From Candidatus Babelota bacterium (GTDB taxonomy: Bacteria; Babelota; Babeliae; Babelales; Vermiphilaceae), in assembly GCA_049325595.1 (NCBI GenBank), contig JBMOLF010000001.1:102857-166856 (forward strand): DNA of 64,000 bases, read 5' to 3'. Below the pieces are notes generated by a model. That model was not told where the DNA came from and searched no databases. It worked only from the letters and a program-made list of their open reading frames with translations. The position numbers were made by a program, and so were the translations under genes. Every line of letters begins with the position of its first letter. Position 1 is the stretch's first letter. This document shows, piece after piece, positions 56,932-64,000 of this stretch.

Positions 56932-57954
56932 TTATAGCTGAATTGTTTTTTCAGGCGTAATGCTAATACCAACTTCAGGAATAGCAACCGTCATAGATTG
57001 ACCGGCACGTAATACATAAAGCTCTTTAAGAGTAAAATTATAAGCTTTCCAAAGTTGATGCAACTCAATAATAGGCTCTTCAAAATAGTCTACACCAAAA
57101 GCAAAAGTTCCCCAATGCATCGGCACAAATAGGCGCGCACCAAGCTCATCAAATGCTTGCACTGCCTGAGCAACATCCATGTGGCTTTTTAACATGGCAG
57201 GGTTTGGTTTACAAGGAGCTATGGGCATAAGTGCCATATCAATATTCCCAAATTCCTGTCCGATAGCCTTAAAATGCTCACCATAAGCTGTGTCACCTGC
57301 AAAATAAGCCGATTGGCCATTACAGCGAATAAGCCAACTGCCCCATAACGATTTATTCCTATCAAAAAGTCCTCGGGCAGACCAATGAACTGCCGGCAAA
57401 AAAACGAGCTCAATCGTATATTCAATTCCTTGATGAACTGCCTTAAAAGAAGTTGCATCCCACCACATATATTCTTCAATTTTATAAAAACCTCGTTTGG
57501 TAAGCCATTGCTTATCGCCTTGTGGAACTAAAATAGGAATATTGTTAAATGATTCAAGGCTTGGCAAATCAAGATGATCTTGATGGTTATGGGAAATCAA
57601 AATCACATCAATAGATGGCAGCTTATCAATCGAAATCCCAGCTGGTAACATACGAGGGAATAAAAATGAAGGATGCCCAAAAATAGGGTCGGTTAAGATA
57701 TTAAGCCCGCCTACCTGTATTAAAAAAGTAGAATGGCCAATCCAGGTAACTCGTAGCTCAGCCGATTGATTAACAACAGGCTCAGTAACACACCATGATT
57801 GTACATTTTTGGGAAATCTCTTTTTTTGGCCGATTATCGATTGAATAAATGAAGGAATAGTATGGATGATTATGTTTTCAGGGGAATCGTCGGATGAGTT
57901 ATAAAAGCGATTATTTTTTACCAGAGGCATTAATCGCGTGTGGGTTTTTTTCAT
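56932..57954 (-). CDS. Metallo-beta-lactamase-fold hydrolase (NAPE-PLD/RomA-like)
   Basis: TWIGHST, LTDP, SHNHQDHLD, HWSAR, YFAGDT, PMHWGTF. Confidence 0.9.
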   Translation of the reverse strand: MKKTHTRLMPLVKNNRFYNSSDDSPENIIIHTIPSFIQSIIGQKKRFPKNVQSWCVTEPVVNQSAELRVTWIGHSTFLIQVGGLNILTDPIFGHPSFLFPRMLPAGISIDKLPSIDVILISHNHQDHLDLPSLESFNNIPILVPQGDKQWLTKRGFYKIEEYMWWDATSFKAVHQGIEYTIELVFLPAVHWSARGLFDRNKSLWGSWLIRCNGQSAYFAGDTAYGEHFKAIGQEFGNIDMALMPIAPCKPNPAMLKSHMDVAQAVQAFDELGARLFVPMHWGTFAFGVDYFEEPIIELHQLWKAYNFTLKELYVLRAGQSMTVAIPEVGISITPEKTIQL

Positions 57955-58193
57955 TATATAAATAGTTTACCCCCACCCAGACAGAACGCCGTGGATAGGG
58001 GAAATGGAGGTTATCTAATTAATAAGAACAGTAAAAATTGTACCGTAGCTTTTAATAAAAATCAAACTTTTTCTTTTAGGCTGCGGCTAGTGTCTAGTAT
58101 AGCATCTATTTTAGACCCTCTTCAACAATTTTCCACTCTAATTGAAATTGAAGGCCATGGTTTTTGCGAGCAATAAACACAGGATGAATAGCC

Positions 58194-58412
58194 TTATTTA
58201 TTAATATGAATAACTAGTTCATCTGAGTGCGTGAGGTCAATTACCATTGGTTTTTTCTCTATCTCGGGAAGTTCATCAGGTTTTTGCTGGTCTTTATATT
58301 CCGTTTGCCATTTATAAAGTTCGCCTGCGATAGTAAACAAATAAGGATCAGCCCACATGGCATTAAGAGGAAATGCAAAAATACAGCTGATAACTAATAA
58401 CGTTTTTTTCAT
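58194..58412 (-). CDS. Small hypothetical secreted protein
   Basis: MKKTLLVISCIFAFPLNA-MW. Confidence 0.45.
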   Translation of the reverse strand: MKKTLLVISCIFAFPLNAMWADPYLFTIAGELYKWQTEYKDQQKPDELPEIEKKPMVIDLTHSDELVIHINK

Positions 58413-58484
58413 GTAGGTTCCTTCGCACAAAACAATTATATTTTGCAAAAAGATTACCATAACATGCAAAATATCAATTCAAAA

Positions 58485-59234
58485 TTATTCACTATAAGGA
58501 AAAGTGTGTTCAGCAATTTTATAAGCAACTTCTATAGGCAATGGAAATGGCTCTAATGATTCATTGATAAATAATCTACATATCACAAAACGAGGCCTAT
58601 TTATTCGTTCTTTTGCTAATTTAATATGGCTTTCTATTTTTTTTATAAAATGTAATGCTCGTTTACAATCACTTTGATTCATAGCTTGGACAGTTATTTT
58701 AAATTCTTTTAATAAATCACCTATAGCTTTAGGATTTGCACCATGTTCAAGCAAAACCTTAATTAATCGATGATCTTTCTTGCTTTGTGTTATTTCATTT
58801 TCTAAAGCCAGCAATAAAGAATTTTGTCCATCAGACGAGCGTAGGGCGCAACCATTTTCTAGTAATAATGTTAAGGTAGTCGGAGAAACGCGTTTTGTAA
58901 CCGCATAATTAATAAAACTTAAATTTTGTTTTTCAACCATAAAATTTAAATTACAACCTTTTTTAGCTATATGATCAAGTAATGTTCTGATATCGGCTTC
59001 ATAAAACTGATTTTCATTATCTATCAATTCTACTAATAACGTTTGAGTAACCTCTGAATCCGATTGTAATAAGGATGAAACAATTCTTTCATGTAAATTT
59101 TTAGCATTTTTTTTACTATGGTAATGTTTACTATGGTAATGTCGGTAATCATCACAGGTTTTAATCCACAAAGGATCATTTGCAAATAAAGATACCATTG
59201 ACAACAAATTACTTATGAATAAAATTTTTTTCAT
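58485..59234 (-). CDS. Ankyrin-like protein with C-terminal F-box-like motif
   Basis: LLLENG, SLLLAL, VLLEHGANP; terminal LPIEVAYKIAEH. Confidence 0.65.
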   Translation of the reverse strand: MKKILFISNLLSMVSLFANDPLWIKTCDDYRHYHSKHYHSKKNAKNLHERIVSSLLQSDSEVTQTLLVELIDNENQFYEADIRTLLDHIAKKGCNLNFMVEKQNLSFINYAVTKRVSPTTLTLLLENGCALRSSDGQNSLLLALENEITQSKKDHRLIKVLLEHGANPKAIGDLLKEFKITVQAMNQSDCKRALHFIKKIESHIKLAKERINRPRFVICRLFINESLEPFPLPIEVAYKIAEHTFPYSE

Positions 59235-59308
59235 ATTATTCCGTAATCAAAAAAATAAACATTTTTATTCCCCCTAAAGTATAATGAATTGAATACATTT
59301 ATCAAAAC

Positions 59309-60856
59309 TTACTGATGTTTTTTGCGCAATACTTTCTTATCAACTTTATTTGTCGTTGTCACCGGCAATGGATCAACGGTGCATATAAAATCACGTGGTA
59401 CTTTATAGGCAGCCAATTTACGTTGGCATAACTCACGTAATTCATGCTTAGTAGTATCGGTTAACTCTTTTACTTGCACATAGGCTATTGGCATTTCGCC
59501 TACATCCTCTTGCTTTACACCAATCACGCCAACATTTATAACCAATGGGTGGCCCATAAGCACATTTTCAATCTCTTGTGGGTAGATTTTAAATCCTTTG
59601 TGTGCAATTAAATCTTTTGCACGGCCGCTAATAACAATTCTTCCTTGGTCATCGGTATATCCCAAATCACCTGTCTTTAGCCAGCCATCTTCAATAATCG
59701 CTTTGGTTGCTTCGGGTGCATTGTAATAGCCAAGCATTACATTATCACCCTTTACCCAAATTTCGCCAATTGCAAATGGTGGCAACTCTTTATTTTGGTC
59801 ACCCCTAATAGTGCATTCTATATTCACCATTGGTCTGCCAATGGTACTTGTAGGCACCAACACATCATCAAGGTCAGCCGCAATCACGGGTGAGGCCTCG
59901 GTCATGCCATAGCCATTACAAATTTTTCTACCATAAACAATTTCAAAACCGGCACGAATTTTATCGGGCAATGCATCACCACCCGACACGAAATATTTAA
60001 CGTTTTCAAAATCAAGATTTTTCAATAAACAAAACAAGCCATACAGAGCAGGAACTCCCACAATCACGGTTGGTTTTTGCGCTAAGCCAGCAAATATAGA
60101 ACGACGATCTATTTTAGGTAACAAAATAACGGTGCATCCTAAAAAGAAGCTGGCCCAGATGCAAATATTTTGCGCAAAGCTGTGAAATAACGGCAAAATA
60201 CCAAAAACACGTTCTTGATCGGTAATATTTACGCGCGCAATAACCTGCAGCACATTAGTCATAATATTTTTTGAGCTGAGCATTACTCCTTTTGGCAATC
60301 CGGTAGTTCCCGATGTATATAAAAGAACGGCCATTTCATTATCAGCATGATTGGATATGGTTATTGAAGGTAGTTGATCGGGTGCATTGCTTTGTAAATC
60401 AGCATCTTTCTCAGTCAAAATTGGAATTTCTTGTGCTTTTGCCTGCGCTCTTTCATACAAGGTTGACGAAGTAATTATCAACGTTGGCGAGCTGTCGTGC
60501 ACAACGTGCTCTAACTCTTGCTCAGTTAAAAACGTATTGAGGGGCACTACGACCGCACCTAATTGGGCTGCTGCAAAATAGGCAACATAAAAAAACGGAG
60601 AGTTTTCAACAAAAATAAGAACGCGCTCATTCTTTTTAATATTTTTTTGCGCAATGAGTTTGCCAAATTGAACAGATTGGTAAAACAATTGCTTAAAGCT
60701 TATAGTCTGATTGTTAAAAATCAGGGCAGTACTTTCAGGAAATTTGTGCGCTGCCCTTTGCAATAATGCTCCTACTGGCAGCACAGTACCATCTGGCTGC
60801 TGTATGGATTTATATAATTGTTCAAATAATGCACGTTCTTTATCTATGCGTTTCAT
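59309..60856 (-). CDS. fadD: Long-chain fatty acid--CoA ligase
   Basis: LYTSGTTGLPKG, LPLFHSF, GYGMTE, WLKTGDLG, GRAKDLI, AAYKVPR. Confidence 0.88.
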   Translation of the reverse strand: MKRIDKERALFEQLYKSIQQPDGTVLPVGALLQRAAHKFPESTALIFNNQTISFKQLFYQSVQFGKLIAQKNIKKNERVLIFVENSPFFYVAYFAAAQLGAVVVPLNTFLTEQELEHVVHDSSPTLIITSSTLYERAQAKAQEIPILTEKDADLQSNAPDQLPSITISNHADNEMAVLLYTSGTTGLPKGVMLSSKNIMTNVLQVIARVNITDQERVFGILPLFHSFAQNICIWASFFLGCTVILLPKIDRRSIFAGLAQKPTVIVGVPALYGLFCLLKNLDFENVKYFVSGGDALPDKIRAGFEIVYGRKICNGYGMTEASPVIAADLDDVLVPTSTIGRPMVNIECTIRGDQNKELPPFAIGEIWVKGDNVMLGYYNAPEATKAIIEDGWLKTGDLGYTDDQGRIVISGRAKDLIAHKGFKIYPQEIENVLMGHPLVINVGVIGVKQEDVGEMPIAYVQVKELTDTTKHELRELCQRKLAAYKVPRDFICTVDPLPVTTTNKVDKKVLRKKHQ

Positions 60857-60948
60857 GTAAGCTACTCTCCCATTACCAGTCAATTAGGCATATTTTTGTT
60901 GAGCGTAGCGAAAAAAATATAGGGTAGAAAAGAGTTAAGAGGAGCTCA

Positions 60949-61134
60949 TTATTCTTCAATGACAATAACTTGGACTGGACATCCTATTGCTGCTTGCTTA
61001 ATAGCATCAACATGTTCTTGCAAAGATGCTTGTGGTTTTACGCACGAAACATCTTTAACTTCAAAAATCTCAGGAGCAATAAATTCACAAAGACCGCAGC
61101 TTGTGCAACCGGGTTCAATAGTTACTTTTTTCAT
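60949..61134 (-). CDS. Monocluster ferredoxin
   Basis: CTSCGLC...APEIF...GCPVQVI. Confidence 0.88.
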   Translation of the reverse strand: MKKVTIEPGCTSCGLCEFIAPEIFEVKDVSCVKPQASLQEHVDAIKQAAIGCPVQVIVIEE

Positions 61135-61213
61135 AGTATACTGACCAGTAGAAATAATAGATAATTAGTATTTTATAGAGTAGCACATTAGTTCATTTCT
61201 GCACAGGATTTGT

Positions 61214-61864
61214 ATGCACAAACTCACGCGCGGTATTTTAATCTCAATCGAAGGAATCGACGGTTCAGGTAAATCGACCCTTGCTCGGTCACTTTCCCAA
61301 ACAATGAGTACAACAACTTCTACTTTGCTTACCAAAGAGCCGGGCGATACACCGCTTGGTCAACAAATAAGAACTTTAGTACAAGAAAAAAAAGAACCTA
61401 TTTGCCCAATAAGTGAATATTTGTTATTTGCCGCTGATCGCGCACAACATTTTGAACAAGTGGTGCTTCCTGCATTAAACCGCAATGAGTTGGTTATTTC
61501 AGATCGCCTTGCCGATTCTTCGCTTGCCTACCAAGGATTTGGCCGTGGCCTTGACCAGCATATGATACAAACTATTAATGATTGGGCGATGAAACAACGG
61601 CATCCTGATATTACTATCTATGTGCACGTATCGCCAGATATTGCATATGAGCGCATTATTAAACGCCAAGAAAAACTCACGGCATTTGAGCAAGAAAAAA
61701 AAGATTTTATGAAAAAAGTAGTAGAAGGCTTTGAAACTATTTTTAGCAAACGTTCAAATGTATGGTATATTTCTGGTAATCAATCACCAGAAGAAGTTCT
61801 TAAACAAAGCTATACTACTCTTATTAACTGGTTACATTCACAAAAGTTAATTGCTCATGAATAA
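61214..61864 (+). CDS. tmk: Thymidylate kinase
   Basis: IEGIDGSGKST, KEPG, LLFAADRAQH, SDR, SSLAYQG. Confidence 0.95.
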   Translation: MHKLTRGILISIEGIDGSGKSTLARSLSQTMSTTTSTLLTKEPGDTPLGQQIRTLVQEKKEPICPISEYLLFAADRAQHFEQVVLPALNRNELVISDRLADSSLAYQGFGRGLDQHMIQTINDWAMKQRHPDITIYVHVSPDIAYERIIKRQEKLTAFEQEKKDFMKKVVEGFETIFSKRSNVWYISGNQSPEEVLKQSYTTLINWLHSQKLIAHE

Positions 61865-62618
61865 CTATCAACCATTTGACTTACCCACAAGTTCTCCTGC
61901 TTTTTTATGTATTGGCTCACATGATTTATTGATTGAGCAAACTAAAAAATCATTACAAAAAATAATGTGCCAACAAGATGGTTGTGGGTGGTGCATTACC
62001 TGCCGACAAATAGACGATCAACAACATCATGCTATGATGTGGTTAACACCCGATAAAAGTTACACCCTTGCTCAATTAGAACCTATTGCCCATACTCTTA
62101 GTTTTGCCTTAGAGCCCGATCAACGATTTTTCTTTATCATTCAAAAAGCAGATCTTCTTACTACCGCGTGTGCTAATAGCCTATTAAAATCTCTAGAAGA
62201 GCCACCGGCAGGGTATCAATTTATATTGCTTGCTGAGCGATTTGATTATATTTTACCTACCATTAAATCACGGTGTATTATTTACACTAATTCCTTAACT
62301 ATCGATACTATTCGATACAAAACCTTTGCCTCATTTTTTATGACCACTAAATATCAAGACCCTTTTGCTTTTATGCAAGAACTTGATGCCATCGGTATTA
62401 CCGAACGAGAAAGCCTTGATCTTCTTGATTATTTAATACAATTTTGGGCAGATCGGTACAAAAAAGCAATTTTAGAAAAAAACACCCAAGAAGAAGTTAT
62501 TGTTGAAGAAGTAAATGCACTGCTTCATCAGGCATTACATAAACCACCGATGCCTGGAAGTAGCAAACTTTTTTGGAAGAATTTATTTCTTCAATTACAA
62601 TATTTAAATCAAAAATAA
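61857..62618 (+). CDS. holB: DNA polymerase III delta-prime subunit
   Basis: C...CGWCITC zinc module, ANSLLKSLEEPP, ILPTIKSRC; follows tmk. Confidence 0.88.
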   Translation: MNNYQPFDLPTSSPAFLCIGSHDLLIEQTKKSLQKIMCQQDGCGWCITCRQIDDQQHHAMMWLTPDKSYTLAQLEPIAHTLSFALEPDQRFFFIIQKADLLTTACANSLLKSLEEPPAGYQFILLAERFDYILPTIKSRCIIYTNSLTIDTIRYKTFASFFMTTKYQDPFAFMQELDAIGITERESLDLLDYLIQFWADRYKKAILEKNTQEEVIVEEVNALLHQALHKPPMPGSSKLFWKNLFLQLQYLNQK

Positions 62619-62685
62619 CGTATAGAATACCAGATTTATTCTACATAATTTCGCAGAAACGGAGCCATATTAGCAAGGAGAGTAT

Positions 62686-63303
62686 ATGCGCATCAAATAT
62701 CTTATATTAGTTTTACTATGCACCTTTTCCGCGTCAGCATTTGTTGTATCACCAGTCTCATGGTGCATCTCAGCTCAAACCGTTTGTAAACAATTACGTA
62801 AAAAAGTAGTTACCTGTGATTTTTTTGATACTAAAACTAAACAGTTATTATGCAAATCAATCAAAAGATTTAAATATATTCCCGGTTTTACTAAAACTTT
62901 AGAAAATACTATAACACGAACAAGCGTAATTAAAGGGTCACTTTACGAAATTCAATGTGCATATACACTTGCCAAACAAAATCCTATCAAAGGATTTAAT
63001 CAAATTAAAAAAGGATCTGGCATACATGCGCAATTTGATTTAATTGCTTTCGAAGGCAATAAAGAATGTTGGATTGAATGTAAATCGATTGATTGGCAAA
63101 AAGCCTGGGATAATAAAAAAAGACGCAAAGGCTTGCAAGAACAATTTTTACGGCAACAAACAATTGTAAGAGAGCACAACCAACCTATTGCTCAACACAA
63201 AACAATCTATTGTGTGCATTCTGCAACACCAATTACAATAACATGGCAAGAATGGTTTGAGAAAAATAATATCTTGTTTAAAGAATCTTTTATTATGTAT
63301 TAA
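62686..63303 (+). CDS. Secreted stand-alone PD-(D/E)xK nuclease-fold protein, homologous to the tip of 9859-13080
   Basis: Signal peptide ASA; KGSLYE...QFDL...WIECK..W...F.RQ...VHS..PI...WQEWF..N.I.F.E. Confidence 0.7.
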   Translation: MRIKYLILVLLCTFSASAFVVSPVSWCISAQTVCKQLRKKVVTCDFFDTKTKQLLCKSIKRFKYIPGFTKTLENTITRTSVIKGSLYEIQCAYTLAKQNPIKGFNQIKKGSGIHAQFDLIAFEGNKECWIECKSIDWQKAWDNKKRRKGLQEQFLRQQTIVREHNQPIAQHKTIYCVHSATPITITWQEWFEKNNILFKESFIMY

Positions 63304-63334
63304 AAAAAGGAAGGCACTTAATCCTTCCTTTTTT
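63302..63334. terminator. Bidirectional intrinsic terminator
   Basis: AAAAAAAGGAAGG-CACTTAAT-CCTTCCTTTTTT between convergent genes. Confidence 0.8.
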
Positions 63335-63359
63335 AACTTTTTATAAATCTTAAGATCTA

Positions 63360-63848
63360 TTAAAAATCGCTTAATTCAGTTCTGTTTTCTTCAAGTTTTA
63401 TTTTTATAGCATTTATTTTATCTGAATTAGCATTAAACCATGCTTTTAATTCCGTTAGCGCTTCTGGCTTACAAGTATATGCCGGACATAAGTTCTTTAT
63501 GGTATTGTAAATAGGCTTTACCAATTCTAAATATTCTCTCATCGCAGACTGTAAATTTAAGCTTCTGGGAAGAGCATATTTGTCTATATAATTACGATAT
63601 GATTGTGAAAAATAGTTAAAGTCGGTAATAAAATCTTGTAAGCTATTCGTATCATTCGCATTTTGTAAACTATCTATACTTCTTTGGGCATTTCCAAATA
63701 AAGCTTTATATAATGCAGGATTTGGGTTACCATGCTCAGTCTGAAAGCCAATCGGTTTGAATGGCCAACTAATTTGTTTTTCACCTGCGAATAAACCATT
63801 TCCTAATGCTATTACGCTTAAAATAGTTAAAAATTTTAACGATTTCAT
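63360..63848 (-). CDS. Hypothetical secreted protein
   Basis: AAGGAG RBS, signal peptide LFA-GE. Confidence 0.6.
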   Translation of the reverse strand: MKSLKFLTILSVIALGNGLFAGEKQISWPFKPIGFQTEHGNPNPALYKALFGNAQRSIDSLQNANDTNSLQDFITDFNYFSQSYRNYIDKYALPRSLNLQSAMREYLELVKPIYNTIKNLCPAYTCKPEALTELKAWFNANSDKINAIKIKLEENRTELSDF

Positions 63849-63881
63849 AAAATACTCCTTACGTTATTAAAATAATGAATA

Positions 63882-63903
63882 ACCTCGCAGCAAGCAGCGA
63901 GGT
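63882..63903. repeat. GC-rich REP-like hairpin
   Basis: ACCTCGCAGCAAGCAGCGAGGT imperfect palindrome in AT-rich intergenic DNA. Confidence 0.4.
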
Positions 63904-64000
63904 ATCAAAACTATTTATAGGAAAAACATCTGTCCGAATTTTTTAGGATTTTGTTTGTGCAACAAATTGTATTCTTGGCCTTGATTCTTAACATATGCAG

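Noticed and set aside
57940..58176. 78-aa plus-strand ORF
   Set aside because: Overlaps the MBL gene start on the opposite strand, no RBS or motif; likely spurious.
1..64000. CRISPR array, tRNA/rRNA genes, integrase or transposase
   Set aside because: No regularly spaced direct repeats, cloverleaf/rRNA-like segments or recombinase motifs were recognised by eye. A tRNAscan/Infernal run would be needed to exclude small RNAs.

Overview
AT-rich, gene-dense bacterial chromosome segment. It carries housekeeping genes (trxB-Trx fusion, topA, metG, potABCD, a BamA/TamA-family protein, gltX, umuDC, rpsU, rbfA, pilD, a type IV pilin, atpI-atpB-atpE, a cysK/CBS-like enzyme, fadD, tmk, holB) interleaved with many signal-peptide-bearing orphan proteins and eukaryote-like ankyrin, LRR, F-box and Skp1-like proteins. 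This content suggests an intracellular parasite of protists, most like Candidatus Dependentiae/Babeliae (TM6); that assignment is inference. The main discovery candidate is a ~12 kb co-oriented minus-strand locus (3538-15495) organised like a polymorphic toxin system with an unfamiliar delivery module. It contains two paralogous AAA+ ATPases with N-terminal signal-like peptides, a 1073-aa Sec-type protein ending in a PD-(D/E)xK nuclease, a tandem array of related immunity-like genes, an orphan RNase-like toxin tip, and four small secreted proteins sharing a two-Cys motif. A stand-alone homolog of the nuclease tip sits at 62686. Other oddities include a four-hairpin fused ATP synthase c subunit, a protease-dead UmuD'-like subunit, a likely AUA start for pilD, Skp1-LRR and F-box effectors, NLS-bearing secreted proteins, a recurrent Met-Asp/Glu right after signal peptides, and a Cache-fused pentameric ligand-gated channel. 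No rRNA, tRNA, CRISPR array or transposase was recognised. All family assignments are by eye from motifs; no searches were run.
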